DNA of 64,000 nucleotides from an uncultured bacterium (GCA_963722385.1 CAVRKK010000002.1:448001-512000); one strand, 5' to 3'. Numbered from the stretch's first letter, positions 42,547-54,701 are shown. Numbers and translations: made by a program. The notes: a model not told the origin generated them from the letters alone.

Positions 42547-42630
42547 GTTCAAAAATCCATCCTAGATTATAACATTTTTGTTCAAAAATCCACCCTAAAT
42601 TTGACCTATTTTGGCCAAAAATCCACCCAA
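42547..42630. promoter_or_regulatory. Three direct repeats CAAAAATCCAYCC with exact 33-bp period upstream of the ATPase
   Basis: Repeat C at 42550, 42583 and 42616; operator role is inferred. Confidence 0.6.
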
Positions 42631-42631
42631 G

Positions 42632-42945
42632 CCCACATCTTATTTTTTGCCAAACAATTCTTCGGATTGTGTAGCAATAAAATTCTCACCCTCATTGCCA
42701 GGGACGAGTAACTCACTACTTGCCACTGCCAATTTCTACTCAAGCGACGTCTCTATTTCAGAGATTTTCGGATCAAGCAGCTCAGGCCAGTATGAAGGTG
42801 ATGGCGGCAGCTCCATCGATGTTGCCATTATTGCAGGGCCGATCGTTAGCGGGGTTGCTGCTCTTACTGGCTTAGTTATCGCAGGCATTATTACCTACGT
42901 TGCCCTCGCCATCGTGGCACTGGCTCTGTTAATTATACACCGTCA
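42632..42945 (+). pseudogene. C-terminal fragment of another beta-propeller membrane paralog
   Basis: LPNNSSDCVAIKFSP..LLATANFYSSDVSISEIFG..IIAGPIVSGVAALTG matches the 38580-38830 region. Confidence 0.75.
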
Positions 42946-43534
42946 GCTCAAAGCGAACTCTGAGTCGTATCAAATCAGGCAGGGGAAAAGGTCGATAGTA
43001 CTTGAGCTCAGAAGACTTTCAAATTCACCCCAGCTGGGCCATATTGAGCAAGCAGAAAAAGCACTTTCATTGGATGATTTGGCATGCTTTCTCTTTGGTT
43101 CAGATAGAACCCATCGATAGGCTTTGTATAAAAATAATATTGCCATAAAATAAGGGCGCTTATAGCTCGGTTAAAATTCAGAACCTAATCTAAGCAATGC
43201 CTATGGCGGCAAATCCTAAATGATGCTCCTGTTCTTATTATCCAGCACAAACGCGGCTTTGGATGACCGCGACTCTCAGAACTGCTGCCTTTCAAGCCGA
43301 CCTTATTCAGATATTATCTATGGCGCAAAAAGGCGATAACAGGCTGAATATGTAACGTGGTAAATGATACATCGCCACATATTTGCTCATAATACAAAAA
43401 ACATATAAAGAGACATAATATAATCAATCTTTCTTGTGCGATGATTGATAATGCGATATATCTTGAAAAAAATCTGTTATTTGCCTATCATTCAAGAAAG
43501 TAGACAAGAAATAACTTGTTTCAAGTACATCTGA

Positions 43535-44623
<1,089 letters not shown>

Positions 44624-44655
44624 CGTTAGTGCAAGGAAGCGTTAGGTTTACTCAT

Positions 44656-44841
44656 TTAATCAATATTGGCTATATCAACGCAGGTGGGTACCTTCACGCC
44701 TTTCTCCAGTGCTTCCTCTATGAGCCTCATGCCCTGATTAAACACATACCTTCGGCACCCTGCTGATCGCCTTATCAAGTTTTCTTGCTTAACTGTAGGT
44801 TCCAGCCTATAGCTAAACGTCTTCTTTATCTCCTTTTTCAT
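44656..44841 (-). pseudogene. tnpB: tnpB 5' remnant (IS200/IS605 OrfB HTH)
   Basis: AAGGAG RBS; KTFSYRLEPTVKQENLIRRSAGCRRYVFN; stops after 61 aa. Confidence 0.8.
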
Positions 44842-45037
44842 GCTCCTTAAAATACCAGCTTTTTCTTTTTTGATAAGCTTCAAGCTTTTGTTGCAAACGC
44901 TATCATGCGCCAATTGTTTATGCGAAAAGCAGGAGTAATATTGCTGTCCCCTGCTAAAATGAGTCATTGTAAGCAGTTGACTTTTAGCCCAATAATTTAT
45001 TACTATTACAGAAACAAGGAAAACTAAGGAAATAGGT

Positions 45038-47344
45038 ATGAAATTAGTAAAATTCATTTTTCTTATGGGTCTTTTGCACGTGGCCCATAGCTCACTTTAT
45101 GCCATGAATGAAAAAGCTAATAATACGTTATGGGATAAAGTTTTCTTTTTCAAAAAAGCGTTAAAAGCACTTCAGGAAGGCGCTGATGCTAATTATACGC
45201 GTAACGGTATACCCGTAATAGTGCGGGTTGCTGCGTTTTCCAAGCTTAAGCAGATTAAGTTGTTGCTTGCATATGGTGCGGATATCAATAGCGCGAGTAC
45301 TGCCGAAAACAAAATTGGGCGTCTCAGATATCCAATTGGTACGACTCCTCTTTACGCTGCTACGCGTGAGACCTTTGATCCAGAGCTATCTGAAGAACTT
45401 CTTATGAATGGAGCGCATATAAATATTGGTCCTGAGCTCACGGGCGCAGCCTTTATTATGTTAGATGCACGTATAAAGGGAAAGGAAATAGCAGAGCGGC
45501 AGGATGAGGCAATGCGATGGTTCTTAGAGCACGGTTTGAGGCTAACAGAGGCCGATTTGCAACAATTACCTATAGTTAATCAGGTAAAGAAGATCTATAA
45601 TAAGCAACTGCTTCTTCAAGCAATTGTCTTTCGTGGAAATGTAGGGGATTTAATTGCGGCAATGAAAAAATATTCGGAGCAGGAAGCATTATCTGATGAT
45701 ATTATTAACGAGCTTAATCAGGCATTTGTCTTAGGTGCGGCACAAGAGAGTCCCGCTTTAGTAGATATATTTGAGGCACCTCAATTGCTCAATCTTATTT
45801 TGCCCCAAACATTTCGAGCAGCAATGGAACGTGCAGCACTGATTGGAGATTTATCAATGGTAAAGAGAATTGTTCAACATGCCCAAAAGCATGGGCATAT
45901 TGAGGAAGAACGGTCTCAGTGGGCAGAAGCACTTCGAAAGGCTTACCTCTATGCTCATGGTCAAGGACATCAGCAGGTTGTTGCGTTTTTAAAGGAATAT
46001 AATGAGATCCTACATCTTGATGTTGATTTTTCTCAACAGCACGAGGAGTCACGACAACCGAGCGATATTTTACCAGATAATAGCAAAGAAAAAGAGAAGG
46101 AAAAAGAAAAAGAAGAAGATTCTCAACAACCGCCGAAGCAGGTCAAACGTAAGGAACTCGGAGCGGAGCTTATTCAAGCAATTAAATACCAAAAGAACGA
46201 TCTTGTTAAGCAATTACTAGAAGCTGGTGTTGACCCTAACGTTGATGGAGCGGACGGATGTTCAGCATTGATAATAGCGGGGCTTTATGGCAATTTTGAT
46301 GCGCTAAAACTTCTTGTTGAGCATGGTGCTAATCTCGATGCGCTCATTCCTGATACGTTAGATATAGAAGACCTGCCTGTTGCTTATATTGGGAGATCAT
46401 CTTCTTTTATGATTGGTGGAAACATTATCTGGGCCGTAGTTGATTATCTGAGGCGCTTTTCAACTGTTAATATAAGCCCTATTTTAACATGGCTTGAAAC
46501 ACACGGTGCTGATCTAAATCAGCTAAACAGCACGGGACAATCTGTTGTTATGCTTGTTGCCCCTGCTAATGGAGAGCTTTTGCGGTGGTTGTTTGAGGCA
46601 GGTGTTGGGATTCCAGAAGCAAATTTTGTCGGTAAAGATGAGCGCGAAACAGTTATTCAGCAAGTAGATAACGCTTATCCTCGAGATCATGATCCAGTCG
46701 CTCATATGATTTTACTCTACCGAGCTGGCGTATATGGTAATGAACAAGAAACCTTTGAGCTTATTAAGGACAAGATTAATAGACACGCTCTGCATAAGGG
46801 AACAAGAGGTAAATGGCTTATAATGGCTATAGCTCAAAGGATGTCATATAAACAGTTAGAGTTTATTAAGTTTACTACGATGACTGCGTATCCAAAAGAC
46901 CTGCAACGAGCGCTCATTGTTGCAGTTCGTTTGGGCAATCATGGAGCTGCTTCCGCCCTTATAGAATATAATCAAGCAGCTATAGATAGTGATGAAGCTA
47001 ATTGGCACGAGGCAGTTATAAAAGCATTAAATCTTGCAGTAAAATATGGTAGAGCAAATATAATATCTCTGCTTTTAAATGCATTGTCGCTGTCAGTTAT
47101 TGGTAGTGTTATCGCAGATATACGGAAAGCTATAGAAGATTCGCCGGAAATAAAAGAAGAGGATCGGCGATCTCTGCTTAAACAAATAGAAAATGCTCTG
47201 GCTCAAAGCTCAAAAGAAACTGGTCATCTCTCGCGTACAGGATCAGCTGCATTAAGTAGGCTTATTGTTGGTTTACCATCAGGTTTGATTGCGGGCATTC
47301 TAACGGTATTATCCGGTATATGGCAACATTCTAGTAACCAATAA
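45038..47344 (+). CDS. Secreted ankyrin-repeat protein with two ANK/helical modules
   Basis: ..SSLYA-MNEK; GADIN, GVDPN and GANLD repeats; KEKEKEKE linker; ends LIVGLPSGLIAGIL. Confidence 0.85.
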   Translation: MKLVKFIFLMGLLHVAHSSLYAMNEKANNTLWDKVFFFKKALKALQEGADANYTRNGIPVIVRVAAFSKLKQIKLLLAYGADINSASTAENKIGRLRYPIGTTPLYAATRETFDPELSEELLMNGAHINIGPELTGAAFIMLDARIKGKEIAERQDEAMRWFLEHGLRLTEADLQQLPIVNQVKKIYNKQLLLQAIVFRGNVGDLIAAMKKYSEQEALSDDIINELNQAFVLGAAQESPALVDIFEAPQLLNLILPQTFRAAMERAALIGDLSMVKRIVQHAQKHGHIEEERSQWAEALRKAYLYAHGQGHQQVVAFLKEYNEILHLDVDFSQQHEESRQPSDILPDNSKEKEKEKEKEEDSQQPPKQVKRKELGAELIQAIKYQKNDLVKQLLEAGVDPNVDGADGCSALIIAGLYGNFDALKLLVEHGANLDALIPDTLDIEDLPVAYIGRSSSFMIGGNIIWAVVDYLRRFSTVNISPILTWLETHGADLNQLNSTGQSVVMLVAPANGELLRWLFEAGVGIPEANFVGKDERETVIQQVDNAYPRDHDPVAHMILLYRAGVYGNEQETFELIKDKINRHALHKGTRGKWLIMAIAQRMSYKQLEFIKFTTMTAYPKDLQRALIVAVRLGNHGAASALIEYNQAAIDSDEANWHEAVIKALNLAVKYGRANIISLLLNALSLSVIGSVIADIRKAIEDSPEIKEEDRRSLLKQIENALAQSSKETGHLSRTGSAALSRLIVGLPSGLIAGILTVLSGIWQHSSNQ

Positions 47345-47489
47345 GATAATTAATTTCGGTGTAAGCGAGCAGCTATTTGGATTTTTTATTAAAAACTGTT
47401 GATATTTATATTTTAATTTTATTATTATTTTATTAAGGTTAGTTCTAAGAGATAGCGATGTAATTATTATTTATAACAAAGGAGAAACC

Positions 47490-47636
47490 ATGTCAGATCA
47501 TAAACAAGCCGGTAAACCTGAGCATAAACAAACTGAAACCGGATCAAACGTATCTCAAGCAAAATCAACTAAAGAATCAAAAGAGGGCAAAGAGACATCC
47601 GGTAGCAATAAAAGCAGCTCTTGCTGCAGCTGTTAA
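47490..47636 (+). CDS. 48-aa hydrophilic peptide ending SSSCCSC
   Basis: Below the ORF-track cutoff; AAGGAG RBS 5 nt upstream; AT-rich promoter region; downstream hairpin. Confidence 0.72.
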   Translation: MSDHKQAGKPEHKQTETGSNVSQAKSTKESKEGKETSGSNKSSSCCSC

Positions 47637-47653
47637 AAAAGGGCATCCTATTT

Positions 47654-47688
47654 TTAAGTTCGTGATGTCACAAGATGCGCGAACTTAA
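47654..47688 (+). terminator. Stem-loop after the small peptide gene
   Basis: TTAAGTTCG(T)G..C(G)CGAACTTAA; lies between convergent genes. Confidence 0.5.
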
Positions 47689-47745
47689 TCTTAACGATGC
47701 CAGCACCATTGAATCAAGCCGGGGAATATGTCAACTGTAAATACA

Positions 47746-48197
47746 TCATATCGTATTTTGTTTGTTTCGTTCTCTATCTTGCCATTTCTGAATTGCTTGC
47801 CGATCGCTATCCGTTAAATGGTAATCTCTTAAATTTTCAGGATCGATCCATATATGATGGTCATGTTCAGAACTCCGAGTAACCGAAGTTGATGTGGTTT
47901 TACATGCAAAGAAAACTGCAACAATTTGATTTGCTATGCCTTTAATAACCGGAAACCATTCACTTACAAAAATTGGATCGCCAACTATTACGCTTAGCCC
48001 GGTTTCTTCATTAATTTCGCGCTTTAACCCATCAAGTACCTTTCTCCAATTTCGATGCGGCCTCCAGGCAAAAGATACTTACCAATGTTGGTCCCTTGGC
48101 CATAAGACTTGGCTTCGCGCAAAACTAATACTTCATTTTTTTCGTTAGCAATAACGGCCTTTGCTGCAATACATTGTACATCAATTTTTTTTTGCAT
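47746..48197 (-). pseudogene. NUDIX hydrolase, frameshifted inside the Nudix box (~48040)
   Basis: LPGGRIEIGE followed in the next frame by VLDGLKREINEETGL...SEHDHHIWI. Confidence 0.8.
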
Positions 48198-48526
48198 AGA
48201 AACCCTTTGATTGGATATCAACCTCATTTAAGTAATATACCATAAAACGCCCTCACGAGTTCACCTGCGAATAAAAGAGACTCGACAGCGTCTACGCGGA
48301 GGTAGAGATGAACTTTTTGCCGTAGCTAAAGATGCTAAGGCGTTATGAGCAAAGAAACAAATTCAAGAAGCCCAGATTAAATCAGCAGTTTCTGTAAGTA
48401 AAGTGATAACAAAAAACCCTTAGTATGATTTCAACTGATATGGAGAGGATCCAAAGTTAAATACTTTTCCTCGCGGAACAGGAGGAAGGCGGGCATAGGA
48501 ATGCTAATGCCTGAGGATATTCGTAG

Positions 48527-49471
48527 CTACACTATTACGTTAGCGCTGGGGCTTACAAGATCTTCTATGGCTATCGATGAGTTATGGTGAGCATATCCCA
48601 TTTTTTGGCGTAAGGTTGGGAAAAATCTACTAATTGGCCGCTCAAGATCCTCAAGATCATTTCCTACATTAAGCCAGAAATCAATCTGCATTTGCGATAG
48701 CTTAGAATTCGTGCCTTTTTCTTTTTTCTGGAGCTTTGATTCATAAAAATAATCGATGGTACGACTAATATAATGATTAAGCCGCAGTTCACTTTTGTCG
48801 AGCCCCACACCACCTTGCTGGTTCTTATAGGAACACCTATGGGCTGGCCACACAAATTTGTCAAAGAGTTTCGGCTTAAGAATGGTTTTGATAACATTTT
48901 GATTGAGATCATGATCAGGCGGTGCAATTCGGTGAAGGGCTTCGATGAGTAACGTGTTTTCTGGTATTGTTTTTAAACCTGAAGTTCCGTAGACTTGCCA
49001 CCAAACGTGGATACCCGGTGCCGAATCATGCGCTTCCAAGACTTCCAATACCGAATTTGCTTTTGGTGCCACCAAAAACTCATCTATATCAATGAGCGCA
49101 AGCCACTTCGTTTCATCCTGTGAAGATTGGCACATATGCTCGTAAGCTGGCACTTGCGTGGCAACGACCCATGCATAGGGTCCTGTTGGATCAGCAGGAA
49201 CACGATCAGGCCAATCAATAAGTGAAACAATGTTTTGCTCAATATATGGGCGAAGAACACTCATATAATCATCATCGCTGCCATTGTTATAAAGATAAAA
49301 ATGCTCGACACCAACCAAAAGGTGATATTCAATCCACTCTTTGAAATATGGTGCCTCGTTATTGAAAATTGCTCCAACAGAAAGCTGATATTTAAAATCT
49401 GCAGCATTATGGTTACCAAATAAGCAGTTTACAAGCAGTAAAAGAGCGCTAAAATAATATTTGTATCTCAT
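48527..49471 (-). CDS. Glycosyltransferase family 92 / GT-A fold protein
   Basis: NEAPYFKEWIEYHLLVGVEHFYLYNNGSDD; WLALIDIDEF DxD motif; signal peptide. Confidence 0.88.
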   Translation of the reverse strand: MRYKYYFSALLLLVNCLFGNHNAADFKYQLSVGAIFNNEAPYFKEWIEYHLLVGVEHFYLYNNGSDDDYMSVLRPYIEQNIVSLIDWPDRVPADPTGPYAWVVATQVPAYEHMCQSSQDETKWLALIDIDEFLVAPKANSVLEVLEAHDSAPGIHVWWQVYGTSGLKTIPENTLLIEALHRIAPPDHDLNQNVIKTILKPKLFDKFVWPAHRCSYKNQQGGVGLDKSELRLNHYISRTIDYFYESKLQKKEKGTNSKLSQMQIDFWLNVGNDLEDLERPISRFFPTLRQKMGYAHHNSSIAIEDLVSPSANVIV

Positions 49472-49673
49472 GCATAACAACCCCAAATAAATGATTGAGA
49501 ACAATATAACGCAATCTCTGCGAAAAACAAGATTGCACTCAAGCAATCGTTGCTACGAAGCTCTTCAAGCAAAAGAAAAAACACCCCTTATTTTTCTTGC
49601 TTTCGGCTCGCCCTAGATGTTACTATTAGAATAAAAGAATCGAAATACAAGAAACGTATTGAAGGGTCATATT

Positions 49674-50546
49674 ATGAATAAAATGCGATTTTTAATACTT
49701 ATAGTAGGCGCCGTTTCATGGTCTCTCCAGGCAGCAGGCCCCGTAACGCACGTTATCCTTGCGCAGAAATGGCTCGATACATGCGAAAAGCAGTATACTC
49801 CTGCCGATCGCAAAAACTTTATCATCGGTACGCTCTTTCCTGATGTCCGCTATTTAGCAGATTTGCCGCGTGAAAAAACCCACGCAGCGCATATAACCCT
49901 TGAGCAGATTGGTAGCGAAACAAATGCTTTCACCGCCGGGTCTTTGTTTCACTCCTGGGTTGATAACGTACGCGAATATTATCTTAAAGATAAAAAAGGC
50001 AAAATACTCCCTCGTCTCAAATCCGTATGCAGTCTTCTTGCTTCAAATTATCTCAAGTTTTTAGAAGATCAGATCTATTTTGTACCTGGTTCATGGGATG
50101 ACGTAAAAGAAGACCTCAAGACCATAACGGATGACGAACGAAAGTCAGATATATCAACGGCAATGATTGAGGAATGGCATCATGACCTTATAACTCAACT
50201 TTCCTATCCACCAAGCGGTTATTTTGGTCAAATGGCGCAGCAACACAAGCGTTATTACGAATTGCCACCTGATGTTGTCGTTTCGTGGTCGCTCAGTCTT
50301 CCGAAAAATGCGGCTGAACCATTCTTTAAGAATTATGCTAAGGAACTTATGGCATTCTTCGATCAACAACTTGCCAACTGCGCAAGCACGAGCACATACC
50401 CCTATGAAAAAGCACCCGAAAGCATCTGGAGCCTGAAAGGTGCCACTAAATGGGTTACGCGCGTTGGTCAGCAATATGTTTGGCCTCTTTTTTCACAGCA
50501 AGCAAAAGATGAATATTTAGAAGAACAGTGTGGTCTGCTCTCGTAA
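49674..50546 (+). CDS. Secreted protein, possible zinc-dependent phospholipase C-like fold
   Basis: AGPVTHVILA..FIIGTLFPD..TH..FHSWVD metal-ligand pattern. Confidence 0.6.
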   Translation: MNKMRFLILIVGAVSWSLQAAGPVTHVILAQKWLDTCEKQYTPADRKNFIIGTLFPDVRYLADLPREKTHAAHITLEQIGSETNAFTAGSLFHSWVDNVREYYLKDKKGKILPRLKSVCSLLASNYLKFLEDQIYFVPGSWDDVKEDLKTITDDERKSDISTAMIEEWHHDLITQLSYPPSGYFGQMAQQHKRYYELPPDVVVSWSLSLPKNAAEPFFKNYAKELMAFFDQQLANCASTSTYPYEKAPESIWSLKGATKWVTRVGQQYVWPLFSQQAKDEYLEEQCGLLS

Positions 50547-50720
50547 CTCACGAAGTAATCGCCGGCGATGCTCATAGTCGCCGGCATCAACTCGGTCGCT
50601 TTCTAGAAAAAGCAGCTCATTGCCTCACCATGATGGCGCTGCTCACTCAGATTTGCCAAGCAAAGTCAAGATGTGTATTCTTAATTTAGAATTTTAATAC
50701 TCTTTACCTAAAGTGGGTTT

Positions 50721-51548
50721 ATGGAATACACGGTACATGCTAAGGAAAAACTATACTTCATGCTCTTGGCCACAATAAGTCTTGCGATCTATGTAGGCTG
50801 GGTCGCTGCCGCTTATTTTATCCCCCAGAATATTCTTGGAGGGACCATTTTTTCCGTTATTTTTCTCTTATTTAACCTATTTGCCCACACGTACCTCATA
50901 GGCTACCTTAAGGGAAATGCTATCAAGATAAACCACCAACAATTTCCTGAAATTTATGAAATTTTAACGCAACAGTCCCATAAGCTTGGCTTAAAGACAG
51001 TACCTTCTGCTTACCTTTTGCAAGGCCATGGCATGATGAATGCCTTTGCAACGCGCTTTGCGAAAAAAAATTACGTCGTGCTTTACTCTGATGTCCTGGC
51101 GCATGCCTACCAAGAAGGAAAATCTGCTGTTGAATTTATTATCGGCCATGAACTTGGTCATATCACCAGAAACCATCTTGGTGCCTTGAAATCTTTATTT
51201 TTAGCGCCAGCGCGAATGATTCCTCTTTTGGGCGCCGCTTATTCTCGAGGCTGCGAATATACCTGCGATAATATTGGGTATCATTTGGCACCTGAAGGTG
51301 CTGAAAAAGGCATCTTGATTCTTGCAGCAGGGAAATATCTGTACAAAAAAGTCAATGTTCCCGAAATGCTCGCAACCGCCAAACAAGAGCAAGGTTTTGC
51401 CACCTGGCTGGCCGAAATTTTTGCAACACACCCTCACCTTGTTAAGAGAATCGCCGCAATTAATCAGCTCAATCAAGATAACCAAGGTCTTGATTCCTTT
51501 ATAATTCCCGGCAACAAAGCAACTTTATCACAGCTTGATGTTCATTAA
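50721..51548 (+). CDS. M48-family zinc metallopeptidase (HtpX-like)
   Basis: Two TMs; NAFA; GHELGH; EYTCD; ATHP..KRI. Confidence 0.9.
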   Translation: MEYTVHAKEKLYFMLLATISLAIYVGWVAAAYFIPQNILGGTIFSVIFLLFNLFAHTYLIGYLKGNAIKINHQQFPEIYEILTQQSHKLGLKTVPSAYLLQGHGMMNAFATRFAKKNYVVLYSDVLAHAYQEGKSAVEFIIGHELGHITRNHLGALKSLFLAPARMIPLLGAAYSRGCEYTCDNIGYHLAPEGAEKGILILAAGKYLYKKVNVPEMLATAKQEQGFATWLAEIFATHPHLVKRIAAINQLNQDNQGLDSFIIPGNKATLSQLDVH

Positions 51549-51664
51549 TGTTTTTTATGTTACCTCGTAGTATGCTAAAACTAATGCGCCAACTGCTTGA
51601 CAGGGCATGTGAAGCATATTAATATTAGATTTACGTTTTTATTATAGAAATAAAGAGTGAGAAT

Positions 51665-53121
51665 ATGTTAATAAAATCCATTATTGTAATTCTTTTAGCT
51701 GTAACGGGATTTTCTTCTTTCGGCATGGAAGACAGAGCACTTGAACAAAAAAAAGAGCCCTTAAACTTAACCATCAGCTTATTTCTGCTATTAAGCAGGG
51801 CGATCTTGCAGCAACTCAAGCAGCTGTTGATCAGGGAGCCGATATCGAAACACTTGAGACGTATTACTTGCCCCCTTTACATCTTGCTGTTAGTAAGAAT
51901 TACGAAGCAATAATTACTTACCTCATTAAACAAGGTGCTAACGTTAATGCGGAAGATAAGCGTGGCTATCGACCTTTGCACCTTGCCGCATTGAGTGGCA
52001 ACCTAGACATATTTCAGTTGCTGATCAATAATGGAGCAGAACTAAATGCTCGGTCATCAAGCAGTTTTCGCCTAAGCGCTTTTGATGCGGCTCAAGATGG
52101 CGAACATCACCATATTATGGAATGGATCATACAGAATGGGGGAGTTAACTCTAGGCAAAGGAACAATCTAAGTCAAGAACAACTTGATCAAGGGCTTATG
52201 TCAGGCGTTCGGGCCGGTATTTGGGCGCACGCAAATGCATTTTTTAGAGAAGGTGGCGACATTAATGCACGCCATAATCAGGATAGACAACCCATGCATC
52301 AAGCTGCAAAGAAAGGAAAGCAAGAAATTCTTGAATGGCTCATTCAAAATGGTGCTCTGGTAGACAGTCGATCAAGCAAATCGTTAAAGTTTAATTTTCA
52401 ATTTTGGTCAAATAATCTTAAGATTAAGCATTTTAACAAAATTTTAAATGGCAATAAATCCGCTGCAGATATTGTTAAAGATATCATTCGATTTCTCGTC
52501 GAGATTGAATTTTACTCTGCTCTTGCTGAGATGATTCGCTTAAAAATATGTAAAAATTGGCGGCCTTTACACAGTGCGGCAATAAAAGGACATAGAGATA
52601 TGATGGACTTGTTGATAAAGAGTGGCGCCTGTATAAATGATAATCATGCTGTAGGTGACGATATATCTAATGAGACGATTTTAGGTGATGAAGATGATAT
52701 ATCTGATGAGATGCTGTGGGAGATAGTTTCTAGCTTGTGTATAATGCGTGGACACGTTGAAGTGATAGAATGGCTGATTAGCAATCTGCCGAATATAAAA
52801 AATAAAATTAAAAGAATGTTTAATAAATTTATATTTATCGCTCTACACACGGAAGCAGACAATTTTGAAGTTGAAGAACAGGTGGTTGAAACCTTTGTTA
52901 ATTGGGGATTTGACATTAATACACAGCTTCGTATCGGTCCCAATTCAGAATGCGACAGCGCCACAGCCCTGATCTTGGCTGCTTCCTATGGAAAAATCGA
53001 TGTGGTCAAGCTGCTTATACGACAAGGTGCTGATCGATCTATAAGAGATAGCCTTGGCGGTTCAGCTAGAGATGCAGCAGACTTCAAAGGCCATAAAAAC
53101 ATCGTAGCCCTGCTACCTTAA
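51665..53121 (+). pseudogene. Secreted ankyrin-repeat protein, frameshifted at A8 run 51747-51754
   Basis: Signal ..FSSFG-MEDR in one frame; adding one A joins it to RALKLNHQLISAIKQGDL..GADIE..PPLHLAV and ORF 51868-53121. Confidence 0.82.
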
Positions 53122-53259
53122 TACCTATTTATAGAAACTGCCCTAGTTTTGCGCATTTTGGCGTTAAGAACAAACCATAGAAGCACTGCCGACAATTACG
53201 GAATAGTACATCTATTTCTTGAAAACAATTAACGCGGTTATCAAGTATCGTAAACGTGA

Positions 53260-53480
53260 TCACGTCAAAAATTGCTCTCCTTTAAGCTCGGCTTCTATCG
53301 GACCGAGCATTGGCTTATGCTTTATTCCCCTTGGGGATAACCGTTCCTTGTCCTTCATCGAGCTTAATTGGCCCTTGCTCGGCATCAATCGTAACCGATC
53401 CTTTGACGCGACTGCTCTCGGCACCCAATCATTAACTTGCGTAATGGCTACCGGCGACAATATTTTTCTCAAAAAACGAG
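53260..53480 (-). pseudogene. Cupin-domain gene remnant
   Basis: Across frames: SPVAITQVNDWV, VKGSVTIDAEQGPIKLDEGQGTVIPKG, IKHKP. Confidence 0.5.
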
Positions 53481-53586
53481 GTATGCAAAGATGAAACTAA
53501 CGAAACGGAAAACATTTTTACATTTTTGCTTACTTTTTCTATACTAAAAGATTAAGAGATCGCCGCTAGCTAAGAAAGGGACATCT

Positions 53587-54156
53587 GTGATTGCTGCTTC
53601 AGATTTTAGAAAAGGAAGTAAAATACTTTATAAAGGTGAACCTTATTCGGTTACAGACTTTCAGCACGTCAAACCGGGCAAGGGAGGCGCGTTTATACGT
53701 ACAAAAATGAAAAATCTTATAACAGGCCTTGTCCATGAAGATACTTTCCGGGCTGAAGAAAAGCTTCCTTCCCCTGACTTAGAGTATCACACCATGCGGT
53801 ATCTTTATGAGGAAGGTGGCTTGTTTAATTTTATGGATGAGGATAGTTACGAACAAGTTGCTCTTAATAAAGACCAAGTCAGCGATGTTGCCAAGCTGCT
53901 TAAAGAGCAGGCTGTCTATACGGTTCTGTTTTTTAATGGGAGGCCTATTGCGGTCACCCCATCCTTGTTTATGGAGCTTACCGTCACGGAAACCGTCCCT
54001 GGAGTACGAGGAGATACGGCGCAAGGAGCGGCCACCAAGCCAGCAACGCTTGAAACAGGCCTTGTCATACAGATACCTCTTTTCGTTAATGAAGGAGATG
54101 TGATTAAGCTTGATACGCGTGACGAGCGCTATATAGAACGCGTTTCTAAAAAATAA
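53587..54156 (+). CDS. efp: Elongation factor P
   Basis: HVKPGKGGAF; PGVRGDTA; KPATLETG..PLFVNEGD. Confidence 0.97.
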   Translation: MIAASDFRKGSKILYKGEPYSVTDFQHVKPGKGGAFIRTKMKNLITGLVHEDTFRAEEKLPSPDLEYHTMRYLYEEGGLFNFMDEDSYEQVALNKDQVSDVAKLLKEQAVYTVLFFNGRPIAVTPSLFMELTVTETVPGVRGDTAQGAATKPATLETGLVIQIPLFVNEGDVIKLDTRDERYIERVSKK

Positions 54157-54182
54157 CAAAGCAGACGAGAGGGATACACGCA

Positions 54183-54701
54183 ATGCTCGATGCTTCACAC
54201 GGCGATCAGTACGACCCCCAAGAAAACTGGAGCGATGAGGAAATCTCATCCGATGAGCTATCGCAGCGAGATGCGCGCTCGCTCGTGTTTCATCTCCTGT
54301 ATGCCATGGAAGCCTTCGATTATGAGGTAAGCCTCGAATCTATCGCTGATAACTTCGGTCGGGGATTTCATATCGTTATCAATCCCCAGGGCGACGTCTT
54401 TAAAAAGGCCGCATCAATCATTGCCGAGCGAGAAGAGCTTGATCGACAGATCAAACCACTACTAGCTAATTGGCGCCTTGAGCGGCTCGGCTATAGCACG
54501 CGACTCATTCTCCGCCTGGCACTTTGGGAATTTACTCATACGGATCTTGCCCCATCAATCATCATTAACGAAGCAGTCGAGCTTGCAAAATGCTTCGCTG
54601 AACATGATGCCTATAAGTTTGTCAATGGCGTTCTTGACGAGTGGCTCAAAAAAAATAGACCAGCACCACCTGATGCAGCACTTAATGGATCACCCTCATA
54701 A
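54183..54701 (+). CDS. nusB: Transcription antitermination factor NusB
   Basis: ILRLALWE..IINEAVELAK..KFVNGVLD. Confidence 0.95.
   Translation: MLDASHGDQYDPQENWSDEEISSDELSQRDARSLVFHLLYAMEAFDYEVSLESIADNFGRGFHIVINPQGDVFKKAASIIAEREELDRQIKPLLANWRLERLGYSTRLILRLALWEFTHTDLAPSIIINEAVELAKCFAEHDAYKFVNGVLDEWLKKNRPAPPDAALNGSPS

Noticed and set aside
42547..42630. Mini CRISPR array
   Set aside because: Period of 33 bp and ~13-bp repeats are too short; no cas genes present.
44842..45057. N-terminal part of ORF 44656-45057, or a functional TnpB system
   Set aside because: Only the first ~60 aa of TnpB remain; no RuvC domain or right end is seen, and the upstream part overlaps the divergent gene's promoter.
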